Shown here one piece after another: positions 49,811 to 59,918 of a stretch of 64,000 bases of DNA (positions are counted from its first letter, which is position 1; each line of letters opens with the position of its first letter). The stretch is from a virus. The notes under the pieces were generated by a model, which was not told the origin of the DNA, did not search any database, and saw nothing but the letters and a program-made list of their open reading frames with translations. The DNA is taken from positions 64,001 through 128,000 of the IMG/VR virus record IMGVR_UViG_3300031918_000005, one strand, 5' to 3'. The translations under genes were made by a program, and so were the position numbers.

Positions 49811-50215
49811 TTAATCTATAATTTTAATTTTATATGACAGATAAATAATTTCAACTATATCAGTGTTATTATTGGTTATTTTGATAGAACCTTTTGTAAA
49901 AAATAAATGTTGGGCAATAAACAATTCGGTTGTTGTTGAGTTTTCAACTTTAATTGGTAAAGAATCTTTTACAAATATACAAAAATTGTCTGATGTTATT
50001 TCAATAAATTCTGATGGATTTATTTTTGTAACAATTTTGTTAACTTCTCCATCAATGTTTAATTTAAAATCGCCTAAATAAATATTATTACCTGATTGAT
50101 TATAAGTGATAGATTCACCAAGAAATTCAAGTATATTTTTACTTTTTAAGATTTTCTTGTCGTATTGTATAAGTTCGCTTGGTTTTTCGTTACCAGTTAT
50201 TACTTTACCGCCCAT
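49811..50215 (-). CDS. Hypothetical protein
   Basis: 134 aa, beta-rich. Confidence 0.55.
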   Translation of the reverse strand: MGGKVITGNEKPSELIQYDKKILKSKNILEFLGESITYNQSGNNIYLGDFKLNIDGEVNKIVTKINPSEFIEITSDNFCIFVKDSLPIKVENSTTTELFIAQHLFFTKGSIKITNNNTDIVEIIYLSYKIKIID

Positions 50216-50221
50216 AATATA

Positions 50222-52225
50222 TTAAATTGAATGTATTTCACAAGAACCACCTGAACAAGCAGATTCTCTCGTGGTTTCTTTATTTATTGAAACGCCAACT
50301 TTTGATAAATCAATATCTTCAGGTATCATACTAATCATATATTCATATTGTTCTTTGTCGATTTTTTCAAAAGGTGTTTGTTGATAAGTATTATCGATTT
50401 TAGGTAATAATGTAAGACCAGCACAATCTTTTCTGTTTTCCCAAATCCAATTAATAACTTCATCAACATCTTTGTTGTCAACAGATACTGTTGCGGAAAC
50501 ATTATTGTAAGAAGAACCTTTATGATGTCCGTTTCTTATCCAATTGATATTATATCTTTTGATACGCTCAAGAAGTTCTATTGGTGATTCATTTTCTGTG
50601 ATACAATTATCATCACTTTTCATAGGTAAAGATAACACCAATTTAGTTTTATCAAGCAAATCATCTTCAATAAAATCTGGCATTACTTCTTTCAGATATT
50701 TTGCAATCGGCTGTGCCTTTTGAATTCTGATTCTTCTAGTATAATATTCAGCAAATGCAGAATGTACACCAGCACCAAATGCTTCAGCAACCAATGTTGT
50801 AGAGCCTTCAGGTTTTATACAAGTAACTCTATCAGCTGGATTTATACCAATAAGATTGGCAATTCTTTCATTTTCTTCTACTGCGCATTTTGCAGCTTGA
50901 GCCTCATCAAGATTTTCAATCTTACGACCAGCAATACCAGTTATTGAAACACCAAGTAATGCTTGTTTTTCAGCTTTTTCTTTCCAAGAATATCTAATAT
51001 AATGAAAATCAGTAAATCCAGCTTGTAAAGTACCAAAGAAAGCAGCGATTTTTGAACGAATATCAAAATCTTCTTGAGATTCTATATTATAAGCATTAAT
51101 TGTTGTTAAGTTACAGAATGACTCCGATTCAAAAACGATTTCACCACAAGGATTCGATAAAACATTATCTTCATTTGTGAACAGTATTCCAGGCTCTCCA
51201 GTACCGTTTGTGATTGATTTTTTCATCACAGTTTTGAATTCATTTTCTGTGATATTATCATATCTTTCAGAAATAGAATTGTTAGACATTGCTCTGTGTG
51301 GATAAACATGATACCATTGAATTTTATTGTATCTTAATAGAGCAATGTCTTCAACACTAACAGAGCTTATGCTTACTTCATGAGTTAAACCATCTTTTGT
51401 TATAATTTCATAAACGTTATTACCGTTTTCTTCTCTCAAGTATTTGTGAGATTTGAATTCAATTACTGATTTTGCATCAATAATAGTACTATCTTTATCA
51501 GCAAAAACAATGATAGCAGCCGAACGAATACCACCTGATACAACTGAATAAGCAATGATATCAACTATATCAAGACATTCTATATCTGTTAATTGTCTTC
51601 CAATTGCATTTTTAAGAATAATATCAATTTTTGTTATAGCCCATTGAAGCTTCTCACTTCCAGGAGCTTGACATTGTAGTTTTTTGATTAAAGAACCTTT
51701 TGGTCTGATATCAGAGAAATCAAAGGTAGGATAATTATTTCCTCTGAAATAAGAATACATCAAAATTCTTATTGCATCAGACCATCCCTCAACACTGTCA
51801 GAAATTCTGAATTTTTTTGGTGATGATGGTTGGATTACTGGAGGTAATTTGTTGATACATCTTTTTTTCAATGACACACCAACACCACAACCCGATAGAG
51901 ATAAAAACATAATTTCTGAAAAAACTTTAATATTGTCAAGTTCAATACCTGAACAATTATACATTCTCGCATGGTTGTTTTCAATTGGAATACCAGAATA
52001 CTGTAATGCTCTCATCGATGGAAAGACTTTTTTATTTTTTATAAACTGACCGTTTGAAATTATTTCATCTTCTAAATTTGGATATTGCCTTACCATCATC
52101 TGTAAGTATTCGTCAACTATTTCTACCCAATTCATTTTTCTTTGTGGATTGCCTAATTCTTCTTTTATTCGTGAATACTTCGTGAATACAACAATATCCG
52201 ATAGTAATTGGTCTGGTTTAATCAT
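50222..52225 (-). CDS. nrdJ: Class II (B12-dependent) ribonucleotide reductase
   Basis: PSMRAL, YNCS, GCGVG, VVSGGIR, NPCGEI, CNLT, TCIKPEG, C-terminal ACSGGSCEI. Confidence 0.9.
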   Translation of the reverse strand: MIKPDQLLSDIVVFTKYSRIKEELGNPQRKMNWVEIVDEYLQMMVRQYPNLEDEIISNGQFIKNKKVFPSMRALQYSGIPIENNHARMYNCSGIELDNIKVFSEIMFLSLSGCGVGVSLKKRCINKLPPVIQPSSPKKFRISDSVEGWSDAIRILMYSYFRGNNYPTFDFSDIRPKGSLIKKLQCQAPGSEKLQWAITKIDIILKNAIGRQLTDIECLDIVDIIAYSVVSGGIRSAAIIVFADKDSTIIDAKSVIEFKSHKYLREENGNNVYEIITKDGLTHEVSISSVSVEDIALLRYNKIQWYHVYPHRAMSNNSISERYDNITENEFKTVMKKSITNGTGEPGILFTNEDNVLSNPCGEIVFESESFCNLTTINAYNIESQEDFDIRSKIAAFFGTLQAGFTDFHYIRYSWKEKAEKQALLGVSITGIAGRKIENLDEAQAAKCAVEENERIANLIGINPADRVTCIKPEGSTTLVAEAFGAGVHSAFAEYYTRRIRIQKAQPIAKYLKEVMPDFIEDDLLDKTKLVLSLPMKSDDNCITENESPIELLERIKRYNINWIRNGHHKGSSYNNVSATVSVDNKDVDEVINWIWENRKDCAGLTLLPKIDNTYQQTPFEKIDKEQYEYMISMIPEDIDLSKVGVSINKETTRESACSGGSCEIHSI

Positions 52226-52579
52226 CTTGTAATATTTTATTGTTTAAATTATATTTATATAGCTATACGCAAATAGCTCAAGTTATTTATATTAGAAACA
52301 GATTTTTGACAGATATTAGAAATCCTTTGATTGAATATTGGTTTATATACATATTAAGATTTATTAAATATCTGTCAATTTATTAATATTGTACATTATA
52401 TTAATGCTAGTTTATATCTTATGTTTGAACAGTATATAAAGTATCAAATCTAAACAAAGATTATATATTTGTTATTATTATGTCAGTATTAACACATACA
52501 TCATATTGAAAACAAGAACACAATCAATATGATAATAAAAATAGGTATATCCTATAAATAATTAGGATTAGAGCAACAT

Positions 52580-54355
52580 ATGGTCAATACAACAACAAAA
52601 CAATTATCAATACCTCGAAGCTATATCTTAAATGATAAGCTCGAAGATAATTTATTAATATTTGTTTTAAAACTGAAATCAGAATTTGAAAATGGGAACT
52701 TTTCAATATATGATATCCCGACATTACACAAAAAGTTGGGATATAATCAAGATATTTGTTTAAATCTTTTAAACAAATCTTTCAGATATAATTTCTTGGC
52801 TGAAATTAACACAGATATCGATTTCAGTTCTTTGAATGACTTCAGATTGTTAATGAAGGATTACACACAATTATTCTTAGAAGCACACAATATAAAAAAA
52901 TATTCTGATTTATCAGAGGTGTCTTCCTTTTTATTAGAGTGTGATTCGGTATTAAACAATTTTAATTACAGAGAATATTTACGGAAAGCCTTCAATGTGG
53001 TTTCCTTGATTTTAAAGAGATACACAAGAGCAGACTTATACATAAATACTTTTATAAAGCTTTCAAATTCATCAATTTCTATAGAAAGCCAAAAAACACA
53101 ACTTGATACAATATTATCAACAACTTCGAACATAATAATTTATTTGAAGTCAGATATTGTGTTGAGAAGAAAGTTATCATTTTCTGAATCACATCTTAAG
53201 AATCAATTTAATATTATTATGTCAACATATGATAATATCAATATTGAAAAATCAGGTAATAACAGACTTAATAACAACAACAGAAAATTAATCAAAAATA
53301 TTAGGAGATATAATTTGTTTTGTATACAGAACAAGGAATTATTAAAAAAAGTTAATAATTATAACAATTTAAAACTGTTTTTTAATAATGAAAAATCTCT
53401 CAACATAAAAATAAATTCCTTCAGACCAAAACTTGAGCAACTCAAAGATAAAATTCCAGTAAGTCTTAAAGATAAAGAAAATTTAAGTCTATCAATAAGC
53501 CAATTTGAATGGTTACAACTCAAGGATTACAATACAGTTAAAAATTTATTCATAAAGCCTGAAATAAATTACAAAGTAGACTTGGACTTTATAAAAAACA
53601 ATACTTTCCACACAATAAAAAGAAAATTGGTAGAACTTAGAATATTATATTTGGTTGAACATGAATCAAAGGGTATTTCTTATACCGAACTTTCTAATTG
53701 TTGTAGATTAAGCAGGTCAAAGATTGTTGAGCTGGTTAATGAAATGGTTAAATCCAAAAAGATATTCAAGAATCATTTCGAAAGTATATTAATGGGTTCA
53801 TGTAGCGATAAATCAACACCAATAAACAATTTATGTTTTATACATAATGGTAATGTTTACATGAAACCAAAAAATGAATATGATGTTCTTGAAAAACCAG
53901 CACATTCATGGCAAACATCAAAAAAAATCAATATAAAATATTCAACAAACAAAAGACTTATTAATATTTCGGCTGAAAATCCTTTCAAAGAATTGATTAA
54001 CAAACTTCAAAAATTCCATGATAAAAATATTGATAGGATAGAACATTTCAAAATCAGAACAAACAACAGAACAGCATATATCTATGTTAATTTCAAAGGT
54101 ACTCACTTTGAAATTTATAAATCAACAAAAAATACTTATTATAGAAATTTAATAAATGGTACACATGTAGAGGATTACATGTTATACAAGTTTTTAGGCA
54201 AAAATTCAAATGTGATAATGTACAGTACACTAGATTACGAGTCAGTAAAGTTTGACACAAGCCATGAAAATTTTATATCAAAAATTTTTAATAAGAGAAG
54301 TGATAGTTATTTCTTTGGAGAAAAGAAATTTGAATTATTGTATAATCAGCGATAA
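52580..54355 (+). CDS. Hypothetical basic protein with winged HTH (possible replication initiator)
   Basis: GISYTELSNCCRLSRSKIVELVNEMVKSKKI; Lys/Asn-rich; flanked by the two largest intergenic regions. Confidence 0.55.
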   Translation: MVNTTTKQLSIPRSYILNDKLEDNLLIFVLKLKSEFENGNFSIYDIPTLHKKLGYNQDICLNLLNKSFRYNFLAEINTDIDFSSLNDFRLLMKDYTQLFLEAHNIKKYSDLSEVSSFLLECDSVLNNFNYREYLRKAFNVVSLILKRYTRADLYINTFIKLSNSSISIESQKTQLDTILSTTSNIIIYLKSDIVLRRKLSFSESHLKNQFNIIMSTYDNINIEKSGNNRLNNNNRKLIKNIRRYNLFCIQNKELLKKVNNYNNLKLFFNNEKSLNIKINSFRPKLEQLKDKIPVSLKDKENLSLSISQFEWLQLKDYNTVKNLFIKPEINYKVDLDFIKNNTFHTIKRKLVELRILYLVEHESKGISYTELSNCCRLSRSKIVELVNEMVKSKKIFKNHFESILMGSCSDKSTPINNLCFIHNGNVYMKPKNEYDVLEKPAHSWQTSKKINIKYSTNKRLINISAENPFKELINKLQKFHDKNIDRIEHFKIRTNNRTAYIYVNFKGTHFEIYKSTKNTYYRNLINGTHVEDYMLYKFLGKNSNVIMYSTLDYESVKFDTSHENFISKIFNKRSDSYFFGEKKFELLYNQR

Positions 54356-54801
54356 TTTACAATAATTATCTTTAAAATATAGAGAATTTATAATTTAATC
54401 GGTTGTATTTTTTCTAAAATCTATATTTTTTCGGAAATATCAATAAACATAAATTTGATATGTGAATGAATTGAATTCAAATCCTATAAGTTTACGGAAA
54501 TCCTACAATAACATGATATGTTTTAAAAGTATACACACAGCACAACTATTAATGCCACCTTTTCCAAAAAATCATTGTCTGAATACAGACAACCACTTCG
54601 TTTGATTTTTTTTCTAAAGGTAACACTTCATTGTCCTATGTGACTGGCTCACTTCGTGAAGGTTTAAAGTAAATTACAAATGTTTCGGCTACGCCTAACA
54701 TAAGGGATAAATATTGGATGATTTCTAATAACTTAAAATACATAAAATATTAATATAAGCATGATGTCAAAAGTGTAAATAATTAAAATAGAATTAAGGT
54801 T

Positions 54802-56430
54802 ATGAAGATTGACAAAAAACTTTTATCAGGTCAAGAACTTATTATAAAGATAGGGAAGATTGAGTACCCTATTTCCGAATTTGTTTGTGTACTTAATGCA
54901 CATTTTATAACCTTTTCCGATTTATCGGTTTGGTTTTCTATATCGAAGGATGATAAAACTTATACTGATTGGGAATTAATATTGGAATCCGATTGGTTTG
55001 AAAGCTTAACTACTAATATACCTCTTTTCATAAAATTAAAGCTTTCCTATACTTCTGTTGTTGAAAGTTCTATAACAATAAGTGACATAACATTAACCCA
55101 AACAAGACCAAAAACCATAATTGCTGTACAAGGTGAATCAATAGCTCTTTCAGCAGTAACAGAAGAAAGTCTTATGAATTATGCCGAAATGGGAGAAGGT
55201 CTTGTAAAATTAGAAACAGACCTTAATTATTATTTGAATAAACATAATGGTATTGAGGTTGATTATTTCCACACAAATCCTGATGTTGAAACAAAAGATG
55301 ATTTTTTAAAGGAATATTCATTATATAATGTTGTTGATAGAAAGGTTGTTAAAGTTGTTGTAACAGATAATAAAACTCCTATACCAAAACATGAATTTTC
55401 TCAATGGGGTATAGAATTCGAAAAACTTGAAATTTATTTTGAAAAAACATACTTTGAAGAGGAATTTGGAATTAATGAAGCACCAAAACCATATGATTAC
55501 ATATATTTCCGAGAGCTTAATAGAATGTATTATATTGAAGATATGTACTTGGAGCATGGAATAAACGAAGTCGGTACATATCATGTTTGTGTTATTAAGA
55601 AATATGAAGACATTTCTGCAGTTGCTAAAGATGAAGATTCACTTGATTTCTTGAAGGAACATATTGATGTTTTGGAATTCACTGATGAACAAAAAAATGA
55701 AATAAAAGATACTTATAACCCACAACAAAACATTGAAAAAGATATAATTTATGATAATGTCAGAACCCTTGTTTCTGAAAAAGTTATTATAACTAAAGAT
55801 ATGTTTGACTTCAAATCTGGTATTATAAGTAAATATTTTTATGATATGCTTGATACCACTTCGGAAATTATTTATAAACCATTGGTTAATCTTGACTTTA
55901 ATTCAGGTATGTCAATAATGTTTTGGATAAGACCTATAATAACTGATGCTGGTAAACCAAATGAAGCAAAACTTGCTGGTAAATTATTATCTATTGGGGG
56001 TAATTTTGATTTATATGTTAATGATGACACAAAAGATAATAATTTCAATTTACCTCAATCATATAATGGATTCTATTGTGTTGTTGTTTCTATTAATAAT
56101 CAATTTAATATAATGTCGAAATTTGTTTATGAAATGGCAGAAAACGGTCTTGAAAGAATTGATTACTCCAGTATTGTTCTTGGTGGTTCTGTAATCCTGA
56201 ATGAATCTATAATGAAACTCCACGCTGGAAATTATAATATAAGATGTGTTAGATTGAGTAATTATGTTATACAAGACCAATATCATCAATATATAATGCT
56301 AGCTAAAAACATTAAAAAAGCTTCAGCATTTACTATAATAGATGATTGTGAACCTATCACAAATTTAAGAAAAATCAAAAAATCAGTATTTCCTAATATT
56401 AATAGAGAAACATTTGGTGATGTTATATAA
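54802..56430 (+). CDS. Neck protein gp14-like with extra N- and C-terminal (LamG-like) domains
   Basis: GIEVDYF, LKEY, FSQWG, FEE.FG....P...DYIYF...NRMY. Confidence 0.6.
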   Translation: MKIDKKLLSGQELIIKIGKIEYPISEFVCVLNAHFITFSDLSVWFSISKDDKTYTDWELILESDWFESLTTNIPLFIKLKLSYTSVVESSITISDITLTQTRPKTIIAVQGESIALSAVTEESLMNYAEMGEGLVKLETDLNYYLNKHNGIEVDYFHTNPDVETKDDFLKEYSLYNVVDRKVVKVVVTDNKTPIPKHEFSQWGIEFEKLEIYFEKTYFEEEFGINEAPKPYDYIYFRELNRMYYIEDMYLEHGINEVGTYHVCVIKKYEDISAVAKDEDSLDFLKEHIDVLEFTDEQKNEIKDTYNPQQNIEKDIIYDNVRTLVSEKVIITKDMFDFKSGIISKYFYDMLDTTSEIIYKPLVNLDFNSGMSIMFWIRPIITDAGKPNEAKLAGKLLSIGGNFDLYVNDDTKDNNFNLPQSYNGFYCVVVSINNQFNIMSKFVYEMAENGLERIDYSSIVLGGSVILNESIMKLHAGNYNIRCVRLSNYVIQDQYHQYIMLAKNIKKASAFTIIDDCEPITNLRKIKKSVFPNINRETFGDVI

Positions 56431-56440
56431 TAAAAAAATG

Positions 56441-56477
56441 TATTCCCTGATAAAGATGATGTATTTTCCTTAAATTC
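56441..56477 (+). repeat. Dispersed ~42-bp element, copy 4
   Basis: tattccctgataaagatgatgtattttccttaaattc directly after TAATAA. Confidence 0.6.
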
Positions 56478-56508
56478 AAAATATACAAACAATATTAAAA
56501 CAAATAAA

Positions 56509-56871
56509 ATGCAAGCAAAAATCAAAAAATTACAAGCCGTTATAACTGGACTTATTATTATATTATTGATATGTGTAACAATATTAGTGCTTTCAACAAT
56601 CGATAATAAATCTCATGAAGCCAATATTGAAGCCAACAAAATTGAAATATTAAAAAGAGATTCCGTTATCGGGGTTTATAGAAATAGGAATGATTCAATT
56701 GACATTCTTGTATTGAAGTATAAGAATAAAGTTGATAGCCTTCAAAAAGTAAAGAAAGTCATTTTGGATATACCAACAAAACAAACTTCTAAAAATGTTG
56801 AAGAAGCCTATAATGAAATGATTAAAGAATTAAACAAATATAAACTTGAAACAAATGAAAACGATAAGTAA
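56509..56871 (+). CDS. N-terminal TM coiled-coil protein (spanin-like)
   Basis: TM followed by coiled coil; overlaps the next gene. Confidence 0.55.
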   Translation: MQAKIKKLQAVITGLIIILLICVTILVLSTIDNKSHEANIEANKIEILKRDSVIGVYRNRNDSIDILVLKYKNKVDSLQKVKKVILDIPTKQTSKNVEEAYNEMIKELNKYKLETNENDK

Positions 56872-57268
56872 ATTATTAATTTTATTTATATGCCTAATTA
56901 CCGTTCAATCGATTTTTTCACAAGAACAAAAATGTGATAGTATAAAAAATGTTAATATATCCATGTGTGATATGGATAATATTACATCAGCTTTCAGAGA
57001 AAGAACGAAATATAAACAACTTAATGTTATTAATGATTCTATTATTATTGCTCAATCCGTTGTTATTGTTAATACCACTGAAAAATTGAAAAATGATTCA
57101 ATAATGATGGCTAATTACCAAAAAAATGAACTTGATTTGAAATCTATTGTTGTTGATCAAGATTTCATTATCACCAAAGAAAAAAAGAAAGTTAAAGTTT
57201 GGAAATATACTTCTTATGGTTTTGGAATTCTTGCAGGTATTTTTGGTATTGTAGCATATATAAAATAA
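56855..57268 (+). CDS. Secreted coiled-coil protein with C-terminal TM (spanin-partner-like)
   Basis: Signal peptide ending IFS|Q (Bacteroidota Q-rule-like); C-terminal GFGILAGIFGIVAY. Confidence 0.55.
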   Translation: MKTISKLLILFICLITVQSIFSQEQKCDSIKNVNISMCDMDNITSAFRERTKYKQLNVINDSIIIAQSVVIVNTTEKLKNDSIMMANYQKNELDLKSIVVDQDFIITKEKKKVKVWKYTSYGFGILAGIFGIVAYIK

Positions 57269-57274
57269 TTAATA

Positions 57275-58627
57275 ATGAGCAAGTTAGACAACATTTCTCC
57301 GATAGATAGTAGATATAACAAACAACACATCATAAGAAATTTATGCTCTTATAAAAACCAACTACAGTCAAAGGTGACAGTTGAACTTAGTTGGTTTTTC
57401 CATTTATGTAAAGAATATGGATTTGAAATAAAAGATGGTGAATTTATTGAATTAACAAATCGTTCAGTTAATGAAATTAATCATGTTATTGAAATTGAAA
57501 AATCAACTAAACATGATATAAAAGCCATTGAATATTATATTCGTGAAATCGTATTTACATCTGAATTCTTTAATAGACACACAGAAGAAGAAAAGGTAAA
57601 AATTTTAAATCTTATACATTTTGGTCTTACAAGCCAAGATATAGTTAGTTTAGCAACAAATTTATTGTTTTATAAAATATCTCAAGTTTTCATATGTGGT
57701 ATAAATGATGTTATATCACATATGAAAACGATATTTTCCGAAAACAATGTTTTGATGGTTGGTTATACTCATGGTCAACCAGCAATACCAATTAATTCCA
57801 GTCTTATATATCATAATTATCGTGAAAGACTGGAAGCATTAATTACAAAACTTGAAAATATACAACCGAGAGCAAAATTTGGTGGAGCTATTGGTGATAA
57901 TTCTTCTTTAAAGCTTGTTGGTGTTATTGATATTGAGGAAATTATGGATTCATTCATTAATGAATATGATTATTCCAAAAATTTTATCCGCTCAAAAAAC
58001 ACAACACAAATAGATAATTGGGTATATCTTGTTGATTTATTGAAAGAATATCTTCAAATATCTTCAATATTTATTGATTTATGTCGTGATATTTGGCATT
58101 ATTGTTCAATAAATTATTTGGTACAAAAGAAAGATGATAAACAAATAGGTTCATCAACTATGGTTCAAAAAACCAATCCAATAAATTTTGAAAATTGTGA
58201 AGGTATAATGGAAAAATTGGAATCTGATTTTTCATTTTATATTAAGAAATTTTCAAAATCTAGATTACAAAGAGATTTATCCGATTCTGTTGTAATCAGA
58301 ATGGTTTTTGAAAGTTTCGCAATGTTCAATACTGGTATGATTTCATTTTCTAGAGGATTATCCAATATTGAATTTAACACCGAAAAAATAACTTCTGAAT
58401 TGAACAATCATTATGAAATATCAACAGAATATATTCAATTATTTTTAAAATATAACGGTGTTGATATGGCTTACGAGCTTGTTAAAGAAAAACTTGAAAT
58501 TATACCTTTGACAAATCGTGAAAGTTATGTTAAATTTATTGATTCTCTTATTGATGAGAGAATCATAACTGAAGAAATGTATTATGAAATGATGGAATTT
58601 AATTTATCACATTATAAAAACTCATGA
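57275..58627 (+). CDS. purB: Adenylosuccinate lyase
   Basis: ISPIDSRY, TKHDIKAIEY, HFGLTSQD, THGQPA, KFGGA, GSSTM..K.NPI.FEN, SRLQRDLSDS. Confidence 0.93.
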   Translation: MSKLDNISPIDSRYNKQHIIRNLCSYKNQLQSKVTVELSWFFHLCKEYGFEIKDGEFIELTNRSVNEINHVIEIEKSTKHDIKAIEYYIREIVFTSEFFNRHTEEEKVKILNLIHFGLTSQDIVSLATNLLFYKISQVFICGINDVISHMKTIFSENNVLMVGYTHGQPAIPINSSLIYHNYRERLEALITKLENIQPRAKFGGAIGDNSSLKLVGVIDIEEIMDSFINEYDYSKNFIRSKNTTQIDNWVYLVDLLKEYLQISSIFIDLCRDIWHYCSINYLVQKKDDKQIGSSTMVQKTNPINFENCEGIMEKLESDFSFYIKKFSKSRLQRDLSDSVVIRMVFESFAMFNTGMISFSRGLSNIEFNTEKITSELNNHYEISTEYIQLFLKYNGVDMAYELVKEKLEIIPLTNRESYVKFIDSLIDERIITEEMYYEMMEFNLSHYKNS

Positions 58628-58665
58628 TATAATACATTTTTATTTCTTAAATAAAATAAAAGTTT

Positions 58666-59364
58666 ATGCTTATACAAAAAGCGATATCGCCTATAGCATA
58701 TTATTCGATTGAATCTAGACAAGAAATTGAAATCGAAGGTGAAAAAATTATTGATTTCACATCCCAAGTGTTTTCTGAAAAGAAATTAGTGGGATTTAAT
58801 GATGCTGGTGCTTCATCAATATCATCAGAATTTGAAGGTAAACCAAACCTTGTATCTATGGCATTATATAACGATCAAAATTCTGCAGATATCATGATGT
58901 TTTATAATGAAATAAGCAATCCCTTTTCTATTTCATCAGATATGATAATCCTTATGCCATCAATATCTGATGGTATATCTGCTATTGATTCCCAAACATC
59001 ATCTGTTCAGAAAAATAAAAAAAATAAATCACAAATAGAATTTAATAAAAAAATTAATGTACAAGATAAAAAGAGAATAATGGAACTTATTAAACAAAAT
59101 AATAATTCTATTACTATTCCTAATACCGATGCAGGTATAAATGATGCTGGCATTAACTCAAATGGTGAAGTAGCTACTTTTGATGATTTTATAAAATCAC
59201 CTAATATGACAACTGAAGACCAACTGAAGATTGTGGATGGTAAAGTTATTTTGGGTGCTAATATTTCAAATCGTCGTTGTAGCGACAAAGCCACGAAAAC
59301 ACAGGGTTTATCAATTTCTATAAGACAATCCATTCTTGACAAAATAAAATCGGGTGAAATTTAG
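58666..59364 (+). CDS. Baseplate wedge protein (gp53-like)
   Basis: GKPNLVSMALY......IMMFYNEISNPF. Confidence 0.65.
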   Translation: MLIQKAISPIAYYSIESRQEIEIEGEKIIDFTSQVFSEKKLVGFNDAGASSISSEFEGKPNLVSMALYNDQNSADIMMFYNEISNPFSISSDMIILMPSISDGISAIDSQTSSVQKNKKNKSQIEFNKKINVQDKKRIMELIKQNNNSITIPNTDAGINDAGINSNGEVATFDDFIKSPNMTTEDQLKIVDGKVILGANISNRRCSDKATKTQGLSISIRQSILDKIKSGEI

Positions 59365-59813
59365 TATTCTTTCGGTTTTTCTTCTTCAACTTTATAATAT
59401 TCCATTAGAATCTTCTTCAGTGATTTTCTTAATTCATTAATGTCATAATTGTTTACCATTATATCAATTAATTTTTCACTATTGATTTCATCTTTGAAAG
59501 TTTCCTCAACAAATCCAAAAGTTTTTTTATCAAATACTGATAAAGTTATGTTTTTTTGCATAGAATTTTTCTGTTTTCTAGATAATATATCTTGAACAGT
59601 TTTTTCTACTTCTGATTTTGGTTTGCTTATTGATTGTAATATAGTGTTATTTTGTGAATTTTTATTAGGTTTCAAATCGACATTTTGTAAATAAACTTTT
59701 GATTCACCATCAGTCACAGCAACATCTTTTGTTCCTTTCACTATTGCTTCTAATTCAGGGTCAAACAATTCAAAATCTTTAGATTCAATTTCTTCAATTC
59801 CATCTTTAGTCAT
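59361..59813 (-). CDS. Hypothetical protein
   Basis: 150 aa. Confidence 0.55.
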   Translation of the reverse strand: MTKDGIEEIESKDFELFDPELEAIVKGTKDVAVTDGESKVYLQNVDLKPNKNSQNNTILQSISKPKSEVEKTVQDILSRKQKNSMQKNITLSVFDKKTFGFVEETFKDEINSEKLIDIMVNNYDINELRKSLKKILMEYYKVEEEKPKEY

Positions 59814-59918
59814 AATAATATTATTTAATATTTATAATTTTTTATAAATTTAAAAAATTGATATTTTCATATATTGATACAAATTTATTGTGTTGAATAT
59901 AAATATATAAAACATATT

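Noticed and set aside
51320-51470. NrdJ ~48-aa insert (VYEIITKDG) as an intein remnant
   Set aside because: Only one short strand resembles Hint; no termini or catalytic residues
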